A program made the translations under genes and the position numbers. A DNA stretch of 55,260 nt from Fidelibacterota bacterium (GTDB lineage Bacteria; Fidelibacterota; Marinisomatia; Marinisomatales; JABMOV01). The notes under the pieces are model-generated. The model had not been told where the DNA came from. It searched no databases and worked only from the letters and a program-made list of their open reading frames with translations. The DNA lies in the NCBI GenBank assembly GCA_046861395.1, contig JBHHUC010000009.1, positions 1 to 55,260 on the forward strand, in the 5' to 3' direction. Position 1 is the stretch's first letter. Each line of letters begins with the position of its first letter. Below, piece by piece: positions 39,742-50,010 of the stretch.

Positions 39742-42700
39742 TTGCGAATTCTTCTCATAGAAGATTCCCCTATCGACGTCGACTTCATCCGTTCTGAATT
39801 ACAAAACCTGGAGGATTCATTCACCCTTGAAGTCGTAGATACGAAACCGTCCCTCGTGAAAGCCCTCAAAGCGTTTAATCCCGAAATTGTTCTTTCCGAT
39901 TTTTATTTACCGACCCTGGATGCCTTCGAAAGCCTTAAAATTGTAAGGAGGCACGACCCCGATCTGCCCTTTATTGTCGTCACCGGTTCCATCAACGAAG
40001 AAACTGCCGCCGATTGCATCAAGGCCGGGGCCAACGACTATGTGACCAAGGAGCACCTGGCCCGTCTCATCCCCGCCATTCACAACGCCCTGGACGCCGC
40101 CCAAAGCCGACGCGAGCTTGCTGTCCGCGACCAAATTCTTCATGTGGTCAATGTAGCCACCAGCACCTTCCTGAAAAACCCACCCTGGACCAAATCCATT
40201 GATTCCATACTGGCCCAGTTGGGGAATGCCGCCGGTGTTGATCGCGCCTATCTATTTCAGAATTCCACCCTGGATGATAGCACTCTGGTATCATCCCAAC
40301 GCTTTGAATGGGTCTGTCCCACGGTCGAACCCCAGATTGATAATCCCGAGCTTCAGGACATTCCCTGGGAAGCGACGGGATTCGGACGCTGGTTGAAACG
40401 GTTGCAAGCCGGTCGGCCGGTTCACGGACCCATCCAGGACTTTCCAAAAACGGAGCAGCCCCTCCTGGAAGCACAGGCCATTCAATCCCTCTTGGTGGTG
40501 CCCATCATGGTGGAGGAAGAACTCTGGGGATTTATTGGTTTTGACGACTGTACAACGGCGCGGACCTGGGAGACTGCCATTATCGAAGCCTTGTACACCG
40601 CCGCCAATGCCATCGGATCAGCCATAACCAGGGAACAGACTGAAGAAGCCCTGACTGCCAGTCAAAAAAAATACGAAGATTTATACAATAATGCCCCGGA
40701 CCTCTATAGCACGATTGACACAGATGGGATCATCCGCAACATCAACCGCAGCGGGGCCGAAATGCTGGGATACAGGCGGGAAGAACTGATTGGTCAACCA
40801 CTCACAATGATTCTTGACCCGGAAACACAGGAGCGGTTTTATAAAGAATTTCCAACCATGGTCAGGAATAAAACGGAGGCCAACCTGATAGGCAAATACC
40901 GGCATAAATCGGGAACTGTAATCTGGTTTGATCTGCGCAACACCTGGGAGGTTAACGAGGATGGTAATGCCAGATTCAGTCATGGTATCGGACGGAACAT
41001 TACGGAAACCATCGAAAACCGGGAACAGGTCCGGAAACTGAGTCAGGCCGTGGAATATAGCCCGGTAGGCGTGGCCATCACGGATAACCGGGGAGGACAT
41101 ATTGAATACGTCAATAAGCAATTCGTACGGAATACAGGGTACAGTCTGGAGGATATTCAGGGTCAGACCATGACAAAACTCGATTCTGGCGTTCACGATG
41201 AACAATTTTATTTGGGTATGGTGGAAGCCATCCAATCAGGAGAAACCTGGCAGGGAGAAATGTGCATCCGGCAGAAATCAGGAAACCTGTGCTGGAACGA
41301 CTTACATATAGCTCCCTTATTTGATGAAGGCGGCAACATCACCCATTTTATTGCCGCGTTTACGGATATTTCGGAGCGGAAAAAAGAGGAAGAAGAACTT
41401 CGGGATTACCGCCAGAATCTGGAAAAAATGGTAAAGGACAGAACGGAGGAACTGGCCGGCGCCAATAAGGCTTTGGAAAATACCCTATCCACCATGGTTT
41501 CTGTCATGGAAAGCCCAAAGGATATTGTGATTTTCTCACTGGACCGGGCCTATTGTTACACCAGCTTCAATGAGAATCATAAGAATACTATACGCAAAAT
41601 CTGGGGGGTGGATATTGCCATCGGCATGAATATGCTGGACATCATCAAGGATTCGGCGGACCGGGAAAAGGCCAAACGAAATTTTGACCGCGCCCTGAAT
41701 GGGGACAAATTCACCGAAATAGAGGAATACGGCGAACCTCCTAACCGGTTTTATTATGAAGACCGGTACAATCCAATCATCGATGAACACGGAAACGTCA
41801 CCGGCCTGACGCTATTTCTCAGCGACATCACAGAGCGAATCAAAGCCCAGGAGGAATTGGCCAATTATCAGTCCCGCCTGGAAGACATGGTGGCGGAACG
41901 CACCGCCGCGCTGAAGGAAAGTGAAGAGCGATACCGGGGTCTGATTGAATCCGCCCCCCTGGCCATCGGGATACACCAGAATGGGAAATGGCAATCCCTG
42001 AATGCCTATGCTCTGCGCATGCTGGGCTATGAGGATCATCCTGGTGACATCATCGGCCATTCCATATTCAAGATTGTCCATCCGGATTTCAAGGAACAGA
42101 TCAAGAAACGGGTGGAACAAGAACTGAAGATGGGGCAGCCGGCCCCGCCGGTGGAAGAAAAACTGGTTCGTGCCGACGGGAGTGTGGTGGAAGCCCTGGT
42201 GACAGCCGTCCCCATTCAAATCAAGGGCAAAACAGCATTCATGGTTTCGGCTGTGGACCTGACACCGGTAAAAGAAACCCAGCGCGCCCTGGCGGAGTCG
42301 GAACACCGCTACCGGTCCATATTTGAAAATTCACAGGATGTAATAGGAATCAGTAATTTCAAGGGTCGCATGCTGGATATCAATCCGGCAGCGGAATCCA
42401 TCCTGGGGTACAGTACCGAAGAAATTTTAAACATGAACATTACGGATCTTTACAATGATCCATCTGACGGTCGCCGATTTTTCCAAATAATCCGGGAAAA
42501 AGGTCACGTGAATAATTTTCACACCCTGTTCCGCCGAAAAGATGGTGCAGTCATCGAAGCGTTGATGTCGGCGGCGGCCCAATATGATGCCAGCGGGCAA
42601 ATCGAAACGTTTCAGGGGGTAATCCGGGATGTTACCGCTTTCAATGAAGCCAACCGCCGCTGGGAAACACTCCGTCACCTGGTCCGTCAATTGGCCGAAC

Positions 42701-44310
42701 CGCTGGAACTAAAGGAAATCGGCCCCATCGTGGCTCGTCGGGCTTATGAGTTGTTTGAATATGATGCGTTCAATCTTGATATGGTGGACGACGAAAATCA
42801 GATGTTGGTGGGTCTCTATAATGAAGATATTCTACCCGGGTCGGATAAGCCGGTTCCCGTCCCGACCAATGATATTCCCCTTGGTTCCGTGAGGAAAAAG
42901 TCCATTCTCAAAGGGGAGATGAAATGTATGAACCGGCGCCGGTTGCCGAAAAACTCACCCATCAATGTCTTTGGCAGCAAGAGACTTTCGCGATCCCTGC
43001 TTTATGCGCCGATAAAAAGGGAAGAGAAGGTCATCGGTGCTCTGTCGGTGCAAAGTTATACCCTGAATAAATACAGTAAAGAGGATTTACCGTTACTGGA
43101 AACATTTGCCAATCATATCACCGGGGCTATCCGGCGTGCCCGTCAGCGAAAAATCCTTATGGATGCCCTGGAGAAAGCTCAGGAGGGTGAGCGGACCAAA
43201 TCCATGTTTCTGGCCAACATGAGTCATGAAATTCGCACACCGTTGAATTCCATTCTCGGTTTCACAGGGATCATAGAGGATAAATTTTCCCGCCAGGCCG
43301 AACCGGAGGAATTGGAATGGTTTGAATCGGTACGTGCCAGCGGTGAACGGCTAATGAATACGGTGCACAGTATTCTGGAAATTTCCCAGCTGGAAGCCGG
43401 AACGATGGCTATCAATAAAAAACGGATCAATCTGGTTGCGTGCATGAACCAGGTGGCCCGGGAACTCAAGTCCAGGGCCGACGAACGGAAACTCGATCTG
43501 ATCATTCATACACCGGTGGACAAGGCCGTGACGGTGGCCGATGAATACTGCATCACTCAGGCGATTTCCAACCTGGTGGAAAATGCGATAAAATATACCA
43601 ATCAAGGCCGGGTTGAATTATCCCTGCGGCGGGGAGAGGATAACTGGAAGGTTGTGATCAAGGATACGGGAATCGGGATTTCGAAGGACTATATGTCCCA
43701 CATGTATACCGCCTTTTCTCAAGCCAGTGAAGGGTTTACCAAGAAATATCAGGGGATTGGTCTGGGCCTGGCACTGACGAAAAAATATCTGGACCTGAAT
43801 GATGTTGAAATATCGGTTCGCAGTCGATTGAATGTTGGGACGACCTTTACGCTGACATTCCCGGTCAGTGATGTTGCCGGAGATAAGGCGGAAAAGCGCA
43901 AGACCGGGAAGAAAAAATTATCTCTGCCGCGGGGCATATCCCATGTTTTGGTCGTAGAAGACGATGAAATGTCCCGCCGTCTGGCAGATGTACTGTTGCG
44001 TAAGAAATTCAATTTATCCTATGCGGAATCGGTCTCGGAAGCCAAGCGGGTCCTGCAACGGAGCCCCATTGATCTTGTTTTACTCGATTTATCACTAAAA
44101 GGGGAGCAGGACGGATTGAAACTGGCGCTATGGATGCGCAAACAGAAAAAATGGGAAAAAACGCCCATCATAGTCGTATCGGCGCATGCCCTGGAGGAAG
44201 ATAAAGATAAAGCGTTAGCAGCCGGATGTAATGATTTTGTCACTAAGCCGATCATGTGGGATGAACTCCACGACACGCTGGCGAAATTCGGAAAGACATC
44301 AAATAAATAG
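39742..44310 (+). CDS. Cytoplasmic hybrid sensor kinase: REC-GAF-multi-PAS-GAF-HisKA-HATPase-REC
   Basis: N-terminal ILLIED...LSDF...GANDYVTK; about 5 PAS domains; FLANMSHEIRTPLN; DTGIG, GIGLGL; C-terminal VLVVEDD...LLDL...KP. TTG start with GGAGG RBS. Confidence 0.9.
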   Translation: MRILLIEDSPIDVDFIRSELQNLEDSFTLEVVDTKPSLVKALKAFNPEIVLSDFYLPTLDAFESLKIVRRHDPDLPFIVVTGSINEETAADCIKAGANDYVTKEHLARLIPAIHNALDAAQSRRELAVRDQILHVVNVATSTFLKNPPWTKSIDSILAQLGNAAGVDRAYLFQNSTLDDSTLVSSQRFEWVCPTVEPQIDNPELQDIPWEATGFGRWLKRLQAGRPVHGPIQDFPKTEQPLLEAQAIQSLLVVPIMVEEELWGFIGFDDCTTARTWETAIIEALYTAANAIGSAITREQTEEALTASQKKYEDLYNNAPDLYSTIDTDGIIRNINRSGAEMLGYRREELIGQPLTMILDPETQERFYKEFPTMVRNKTEANLIGKYRHKSGTVIWFDLRNTWEVNEDGNARFSHGIGRNITETIENREQVRKLSQAVEYSPVGVAITDNRGGHIEYVNKQFVRNTGYSLEDIQGQTMTKLDSGVHDEQFYLGMVEAIQSGETWQGEMCIRQKSGNLCWNDLHIAPLFDEGGNITHFIAAFTDISERKKEEEELRDYRQNLEKMVKDRTEELAGANKALENTLSTMVSVMESPKDIVIFSLDRAYCYTSFNENHKNTIRKIWGVDIAIGMNMLDIIKDSADREKAKRNFDRALNGDKFTEIEEYGEPPNRFYYEDRYNPIIDEHGNVTGLTLFLSDITERIKAQEELANYQSRLEDMVAERTAALKESEERYRGLIESAPLAIGIHQNGKWQSLNAYALRMLGYEDHPGDIIGHSIFKIVHPDFKEQIKKRVEQELKMGQPAPPVEEKLVRADGSVVEALVTAVPIQIKGKTAFMVSAVDLTPVKETQRALAESEHRYRSIFENSQDVIGISNFKGRMLDINPAAESILGYSTEEILNMNITDLYNDPSDGRRFFQIIREKGHVNNFHTLFRRKDGAVIEALMSAAAQYDASGQIETFQGVIRDVTAFNEANRRWETLRHLVRQLAEPLELKEIGPIVARRAYELFEYDAFNLDMVDDENQMLVGLYNEDILPGSDKPVPVPTNDIPLGSVRKKSILKGEMKCMNRRRLPKNSPINVFGSKRLSRSLLYAPIKREEKVIGALSVQSYTLNKYSKEDLPLLETFANHITGAIRRARQRKILMDALEKAQEGERTKSMFLANMSHEIRTPLNSILGFTGIIEDKFSRQAEPEELEWFESVRASGERLMNTVHSILEISQLEAGTMAINKKRINLVACMNQVARELKSRADERKLDLIIHTPVDKAVTVADEYCITQAISNLVENAIKYTNQGRVELSLRRGEDNWKVVIKDTGIGISKDYMSHMYTAFSQASEGFTKKYQGIGLGLALTKKYLDLNDVEISVRSRLNVGTTFTLTFPVSDVAGDKAEKRKTGKKKLSLPRGISHVLVVEDDEMSRRLADVLLRKKFNLSYAESVSEAKRVLQRSPIDLVLLDLSLKGEQDGLKLALWMRKQKKWEKTPIIVVSAHALEEDKDKALAAGCNDFVTKPIMWDELHDTLAKFGKTSNK

Positions 44311-44445
44311 AAAAGGAATATATTACCCGATCGTTTATAACGCATTCGGGCAGAACCCGACCTGAAACATCTTACCACCCGGCGGGACGGGTCCGGCCTC
44401 CTTCCCGACGATTCCCAACTGCTGAAAAGGATACTGGGACAGTCG

Positions 44446-45351
44446 TCAACCACCAACGGTGGCCGTCAAACCGTATTCGGCAAACATTTCCTGTAGGTCA
44501 TGCACGACATACTCATCCGGCGCCGCCAGGTCGTTCTGGTGAAACGGTTGTCCCATCTTCGCATATTTATTGCGGGCAATGTCATGGTAGGGCAACAGAT
44601 TCACGGGATATGGGTTGCCGGGTAAAGAGGCTATAAAGGCGGCAGTGGCCCGTATGTTGGCTTCGTCGCAGTTAAATCCGGCCACCAGAGGGATACGGAT
44701 AATGATCCCGGCACCGGTTTCAGCCAGTAATCGAAGATTGGCCAGGATACGATCATTGGTTTTTCCCGTCAGACGTTCATGCTCATTGGGGTCCATGTGT
44801 TTAATATCATAAAGCCACAGATCGGTATGGGGCGCTACGGCACGAATCACCTCTCCGGAAGCATGACCTGAGGTATCCACGGTGCGGTGCAGACCCCGTT
44901 TCCCGCAGGCTTCCAGCAGGGGCAGCAGGGTTTCATGGTGCAGGGGTTCACCTCCGGAAAAGGTGACACCACCGCCAGATGCGTCAATGAACACCTGTTC
45001 TTTTTCGATCATCGCCAGAATTTGATCGATATCGTACCGTTTCCCGCTCATTTCGATGGCCCGGGTGGGACAGACCGGGGCGCAATCCCCACAGAGGTTA
45101 CAGCGGTGGACATCGGTGACGATGCCATTGGGGGTCAGGGTAAGAGCGTCGCGGGGGCAGACGGAAACACATTCCCGGGCGCCAATACAGCGGGAAGCGG
45201 TGTACAGTTTCTGAGTGAAAAATGCTTTTCCTTCCGGGTTATGGCACCAGATACAGTCCAGCGGACAGCCCTTGAAGAAAAGTGTAACACGGATACCGGG
45301 TCCATCATGGATGGCGTAGCGTTTGATGTCGAAAATTAACCCGCCGGACAT
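44446..45351 (-). CDS. Glycyl-radical enzyme activating enzyme (radical SAM with ferredoxin insert)
   Basis: HDGPGIR, GCPLDCIWCHNPE, two extra 4Fe-4S Cys clusters, GGVTFSGGEP, LLPYH. Confidence 0.95.
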   Translation of the reverse strand: MSGGLIFDIKRYAIHDGPGIRVTLFFKGCPLDCIWCHNPEGKAFFTQKLYTASRCIGARECVSVCPRDALTLTPNGIVTDVHRCNLCGDCAPVCPTRAIEMSGKRYDIDQILAMIEKEQVFIDASGGGVTFSGGEPLHHETLLPLLEACGKRGLHRTVDTSGHASGEVIRAVAPHTDLWLYDIKHMDPNEHERLTGKTNDRILANLRLLAETGAGIIIRIPLVAGFNCDEANIRATAAFIASLPGNPYPVNLLPYHDIARNKYAKMGQPFHQNDLAAPDEYVVHDLQEMFAEYGLTATVGG

Positions 45352-45358
45352 GGGACGA

Positions 45359-47821
45359 TCAGAAGGATTCGTTTTCGGTTCGGGCGATAATTTCCTGCTG
45401 CAAGTCGATGTTCATGTCATTGAAATAATCACTGTAACCAGCCATACGCACCAGGAGGTCACGGTAATCTTCCGGGTGTTTCTGAGCGGCGCGAAGAGTG
45501 GCGGTGTCCACGATATTGAATTGCACATGGTGTCCTCCCAGGTCGAAATAAGCGCGGATGAGCTGGCGGAATTTCACCCGATCGGAATCCCGTTTCAGGA
45601 GATTGGGGAGAAAGCGAAGATTCAGCAGGGTGCCACCGGACAGGGTATGGTCCAGTTTTCCCAGAGATTTCAGGACCGCCCCGGGGCCCGAAGTATCGCA
45701 ACCATGGGAAGGTGATGTACCGTCTGAAATGGATTTTCCAGCCAGGCGACCGTTGGGGGTGGCGCCCAGGACTTTGCCGAAATAAATATGACAGGTTGTC
45801 GACAGCATGTTCAAATGCCAGTGACCACCCTTGCAATTGGGTTTGCCGTCGATGAGCGTAAACAGGTCCTGGTAGACACGCAGGGCAATTTCATCGGCGT
45901 AGGCATCGTCGTTTCCGAAAAAAGGTGTCCGGTTCAGGATGAGCCGGCGCAGGGCTTCCCGGTTAGTAAAATTGGTGTCACAGGCCTCCAGCAGTTCGGT
46001 CATGGGGAAGGTATGCTTTTCGAAAACGTGGTATTTCAAAACCGAAAGGGAGTCGGTGACGGTACCCAACCCGGTGCATTGGATATAGTTGGTGTTGTAG
46101 CGCGGACCCGCGTCATAATAATCACGGCCTTTTTCAATGCAATCGTCGATGACCACCGAAAGCAAGGGTGCCGGGACGTGACGGGCAAACAGGGCATCGA
46201 TGCGGTTGCTCATGTCCATTTTCAATCTGATAAAGTAGGCCAGCTGCTTATGAAAAGCGGCATACAGTTCTTCAAACGTGGTGAAGTCCGCCGGGTCCCC
46301 GGTTTCCAATCCCACTCGCTTTCCCGTTTGGCTATCCCGCCCGTTGTGGAGGGTGATATCGAGGCATTTGGGTACATTGAGATACCCCGTCAATAGGAAG
46401 GCTTCCTTCCCGAAGGCGCCCACTTCTATACACCCACTGCAACCGCCTTCGTAGGCATCCCGCAGGGATTTCCCCTGGCGCCGGAGTTCCTTGACATAGA
46501 TATCGGCATTGAATACGGACGGGTAACCGTGCCCCTGGCGGATGACCTTGATGGCGGCGTCCAGGAAGTCATCGGGAGTTTTCCTGCTGATATGGACGGA
46601 ATTTCCCGGCTGGAGGATGTGGAGTTCTTCGATGATATCCAACATGAGATAGGACAGATCATTGACGGCGTTTTCGCCTTGGGAATCCAGACCACCGATA
46701 TTGATATTGGTGAAATCATTGTAGGTCCCGCTTTCCCTGGCCGTGATTCCCACTTTGGGGGGCGCCGGCTGGTTGTTGACTTTAATCCAGAAACAGGATA
46801 ACAATTCCCGGGCCTGCTCCCGGGTCAGTGTACCGGAGGCTATTTGATCCCGGTAAAACGGGTACAGGTGTTGGTCGAAGTGCCCGGGGTTCATGGCATC
46901 CCATCCGTTCAATTCCGTGATGGTGCCAAGGTGGAGGAACCAGTACATCTGAATAGCTTCGTGAAAGGTCCGAGGCGCTTGTGCCGGAACCCGGCGGCAG
47001 ACCTGCGCAATGGTTTTTAGTTCTTTAGCCCGGACACGATCCTCACAGGTCTCCGCCATGGCATCGGCCAGGTCGGCATGACGCCGGGCCAGGAGGATAA
47101 GGGCATCACAGGCAATTGCCATGGCCTCCAGTTGATGGATCCGTGGTCGGGCTTTCGGATCGGACTCCAGTTCGGCCTTACGGCGCGTGATGTCCGCCTT
47201 GAAATCTTCCAGTCCCCGCTGGTAGATCTTCCCGTCCAGGGCCGTATGTCCCGGCGCCCTCTGTTCCATGAATTCCGTAAAAAGACCCGCTTCATAGGCG
47301 CGTTTCCAGGCCTCGGGTACCAGGTTAAAAATACGGTCCCGCATGGTCCGGCCCTGCCAATAGGGGATGACGTCCTTCTGATAACGACGGATGTCGTCGG
47401 GATCCACCAGGTACCGTTGCTTTTCGCGGGAATTCAGGACGCAGAAATCCTCTGCCGTATGGCAATTCAATTCGGGATAAGTGGGAACGGCTTTGGGAGC
47501 CGGACCTCGTTCGCCCACGATGAGTTCATCATCACCGATATAAATCGTTTTGCGCCGGCATAATTCCAGGAAAAACCGCGCCCGCAGGATCGGTACCGGA
47601 TACGTGGTTTCGTATTGTTGGTAGAATTCTGTTTCGATGAGGGCACGCTCAATGGAGATGGACGGTTTGGTTTCCACGCTCTGGCGACGTAACCGGCGAA
47701 TGCGATCGTTCATGCCAGGTTCGGTGATGACCGAAGAAAAATTTCCGGCGGAATTCGGTAACCGCTGAGGGTTCAGAGGTAAACCGGGATGGGGGCTGTT
47801 CTGGTGGGAAGAAACTGACAT
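45359..47821 (-). CDS. hypD: Glycyl radical enzyme, trans-4-hydroxy-L-proline dehydratase
   Basis: FTEFMEQRAPGH, NNQPAPPKVG.T..ES.TY.DF, SGCIE, LTGY, STTCH.YFG and glycyl motif RMAGYS match HypD as I recall it. Start may be ATG 47713. Confidence 0.88.
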   Translation of the reverse strand: MSVSSHQNSPHPGLPLNPQRLPNSAGNFSSVITEPGMNDRIRRLRRQSVETKPSISIERALIETEFYQQYETTYPVPILRARFFLELCRRKTIYIGDDELIVGERGPAPKAVPTYPELNCHTAEDFCVLNSREKQRYLVDPDDIRRYQKDVIPYWQGRTMRDRIFNLVPEAWKRAYEAGLFTEFMEQRAPGHTALDGKIYQRGLEDFKADITRRKAELESDPKARPRIHQLEAMAIACDALILLARRHADLADAMAETCEDRVRAKELKTIAQVCRRVPAQAPRTFHEAIQMYWFLHLGTITELNGWDAMNPGHFDQHLYPFYRDQIASGTLTREQARELLSCFWIKVNNQPAPPKVGITARESGTYNDFTNINIGGLDSQGENAVNDLSYLMLDIIEELHILQPGNSVHISRKTPDDFLDAAIKVIRQGHGYPSVFNADIYVKELRRQGKSLRDAYEGGCSGCIEVGAFGKEAFLLTGYLNVPKCLDITLHNGRDSQTGKRVGLETGDPADFTTFEELYAAFHKQLAYFIRLKMDMSNRIDALFARHVPAPLLSVVIDDCIEKGRDYYDAGPRYNTNYIQCTGLGTVTDSLSVLKYHVFEKHTFPMTELLEACDTNFTNREALRRLILNRTPFFGNDDAYADEIALRVYQDLFTLIDGKPNCKGGHWHLNMLSTTCHIYFGKVLGATPNGRLAGKSISDGTSPSHGCDTSGPGAVLKSLGKLDHTLSGGTLLNLRFLPNLLKRDSDRVKFRQLIRAYFDLGGHHVQFNIVDTATLRAAQKHPEDYRDLLVRMAGYSDYFNDMNIDLQQEIIARTENESF

Positions 47822-48130
47822 GTAATGAAATTACTGCCACCTCCCGTAGCCGAAAAAATGTTTTTGTCGCTGTCCATTTGTCCGATGGCTCACACTATAC
47901 AAGGGTTCAGCGTGGGAATTTAGCTCTTGGACTACACGATATTTATAGCCGCAACCCTGTTCCTGTCTTGGGCTGTGAATTTTGACGTCAATAGTGCGAT
48001 GTATGGGTCTTATTACAATCGTTTGGAACGATGCGAAAAGTCCTACGCGGGCCAATTGTTTCATTCCGGCACAGAATAAATCACTGTTAACTTTTCTCTT
48101 TTTAAACCATCTGAATAAACGGAGTTCAAT

Positions 48131-48667
48131 ATGTATTCCACCGAAATTTTAACCAAAGAGCATCAAACCATTCGGCAGATGCTGGGTCTATTAAATCTTA
48201 TCAGTGAGAAGCTGGACGTTGGCGAATCCCTGCCGGAGGACGATTTAAACCGGGCGGTAGATTTCATCCGCGAATTTGCCGATCGCTATCACCACGGGAA
48301 AGAAGAAGATTTACTTTTCCCGGCCCTGGAAGAAGCGGGATTGCCGCGGGACGGCGGACCCGTTGCCGTCATGTTAATGGAACATGTACAGGGGAGAGAA
48401 TTTGTCAAGGCCATGTCGGATGCGTTGGCTCAAAAGGATTATTCCTCTTTTACCGTCAATGCCCGGAATTATACGCGACTGCTGGATCAGCATATTTATA
48501 AGGAAGATAATATCCTCTATCCCATGGCCGACCGCATGCTTAGGCCGGAACAACAGACCCGATTGGAGCAGGACTATGCCGCCGTGGAAGAAAAGCTTAA
48601 CGGTCCGCAACGCTGGCAGGAAGCCCGGGATCTGATTCAAAGCCTGACGGACCGCTATGGTGGCTAG
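48131..48667 (+). CDS. Hemerythrin/HHE cation-binding domain protein
   Basis: EH, FADRYHHGKEEDLLFP, MLMEH..GR, HIYKEDNILYP; GGAG RBS. Confidence 0.88.
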   Translation: MYSTEILTKEHQTIRQMLGLLNLISEKLDVGESLPEDDLNRAVDFIREFADRYHHGKEEDLLFPALEEAGLPRDGGPVAVMLMEHVQGREFVKAMSDALAQKDYSSFTVNARNYTRLLDQHIYKEDNILYPMADRMLRPEQQTRLEQDYAAVEEKLNGPQRWQEARDLIQSLTDRYGG

Positions 48668-48841
48668 TCGTTTCGGATTCTGACCGTCGTATCCGTCCCC
48701 TGTCTGACGGCGGAACTGATGCTGTTATCCCACAACATTCCCGAATATTTTCTATCGGGTTTATCTTTAAAAATCATTACTGGGCCCGAAAATGTCCGCG
48801 TTCTTACAGAAGGAGATCGGAATTCTTCCTGAAATTTGGGT

Positions 48842-49957
48842 ATGATATACATGCTCTTAATTATCGCGGCCGGACTGCTGGCCTACAGCAACGGCGCAAA
48901 TGACAATTTCAAAGGTGTTGCCACCCTGTTCGGTAGCAAAACCACACCTTACCGACAGGCCCTGTCTTGGGCGACGGCCACCACTTTTCTGGGGTCTCTG
49001 GCCGCCATATTTCTGGCCCAGGCTCTGATAAAAAATTTTTCCGGCAAGGGATTGGTCCCGGAAGCTCTTGTTCATTCACCGGCCTTTGCCGTGGCTGTGG
49101 CTCTTGGTGCCGGACTGACGGTTTTACTGGCTACCCGGATCGGAATGCCCGTTTCCACTACGCATGGCCTGGTCGGTGCGCTGGCCGGAGTGGGAATCGT
49201 GGCCGCCGGATCACAGTTCAATTATATGCATCTCGGGAAAGTATTCCTGTTTCCGCTGCTGGTAAGTCCTCTGATGGCCGCCACTGTCAGTCTTCTGACC
49301 TATTCCGGATTCAAGGGAATGCGTAAAGCCACGGGCGTATCGAAAGAAACCTGTGTCTGTATCGGGAATAAATATGTTCCGGTTAGGGGCCTGGAGGGAT
49401 CTGCCACATTATCGGCCGCAATGCAACCGGAAATTAGGGTCTCCGATACAACGGAATGCGTGGAACGCTATCAGGGACGAATCCTGGGTATTGAATTTCA
49501 ATCCCTGCTGGATTATGCCCATTATTTGAGTGCCGGTGTGGTCAGCTTTGCCCGGGGATTGAACGATACACCGAAAATTGTGGGATTATTACTGCTGGTG
49601 CCTTTCATGAATCTGCGTATCGGCTTGCTGGCCATGGGAATCGCTATTGCCCTGGGCGGGATTCTTAATGCCAAAAAAGTCGCACAAACCATCAGCCAGG
49701 ATATCACGTCCATGGATCATGGACAGGGATTTTCGGCCAATATTGTGACGGGATTATTGGTGACGACAGCCAGCATTCACGGATTACCTGTTTCCACGAC
49801 GCATGTATCGGTAGGATCGATTTTCGGTATCGGAACCGCCGGGGGGAAAATGGATGTCCATGTGGTCCGGAATATTGTGCTTTCCTGGGTACTCACGTTG
49901 CCGGTGGCTGCTGTGCTGGGAATGATTTCCTATGCGCTGATTAATGTATTTATTTGA
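48842..49957 (+). CDS. PiT family inorganic phosphate/anion transporter
   Basis: NGANDN, GMPVSTTH, ARGLND, GLPVSTTH, SWVLTLP. Confidence 0.9.
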   Translation: MIYMLLIIAAGLLAYSNGANDNFKGVATLFGSKTTPYRQALSWATATTFLGSLAAIFLAQALIKNFSGKGLVPEALVHSPAFAVAVALGAGLTVLLATRIGMPVSTTHGLVGALAGVGIVAAGSQFNYMHLGKVFLFPLLVSPLMAATVSLLTYSGFKGMRKATGVSKETCVCIGNKYVPVRGLEGSATLSAAMQPEIRVSDTTECVERYQGRILGIEFQSLLDYAHYLSAGVVSFARGLNDTPKIVGLLLLVPFMNLRIGLLAMGIAIALGGILNAKKVAQTISQDITSMDHGQGFSANIVTGLLVTTASIHGLPVSTTHVSVGSIFGIGTAGGKMDVHVVRNIVLSWVLTLPVAAVLGMISYALINVFI

Positions 49958-50010
49958 TGCCCCGAATTGAGCCTTTTCATGATACCAGGAATTGTCGTTA
50001 TCGGATGGTT

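Noticed and set aside
44311..44447. GC-rich convergent gap with imperfect hairpins (e.g. GACGA-TTCCCA...TGGGA-CAG-TCGTC) as an ncRNA
   Set aside because: Stems are short and interrupted, with no recognisable family, promoter or U-tract; at most a 3'-end structure.
47714..47821. Pro-rich N-terminal extension of HypD as a proline-sensing or targeting peptide
   Set aside because: The start codon is uncertain, the prolines are scattered, and no terminator or microcompartment genes accompany it.
47822..48130. 77-aa ORF, TTGACGTCAA palindrome and possible sigma54/FNR/Rex sites upstream of hypD
   Set aside because: The ORF has no recognisable features, the palindrome is only 10 bp, and none of the consensus spacings fit.
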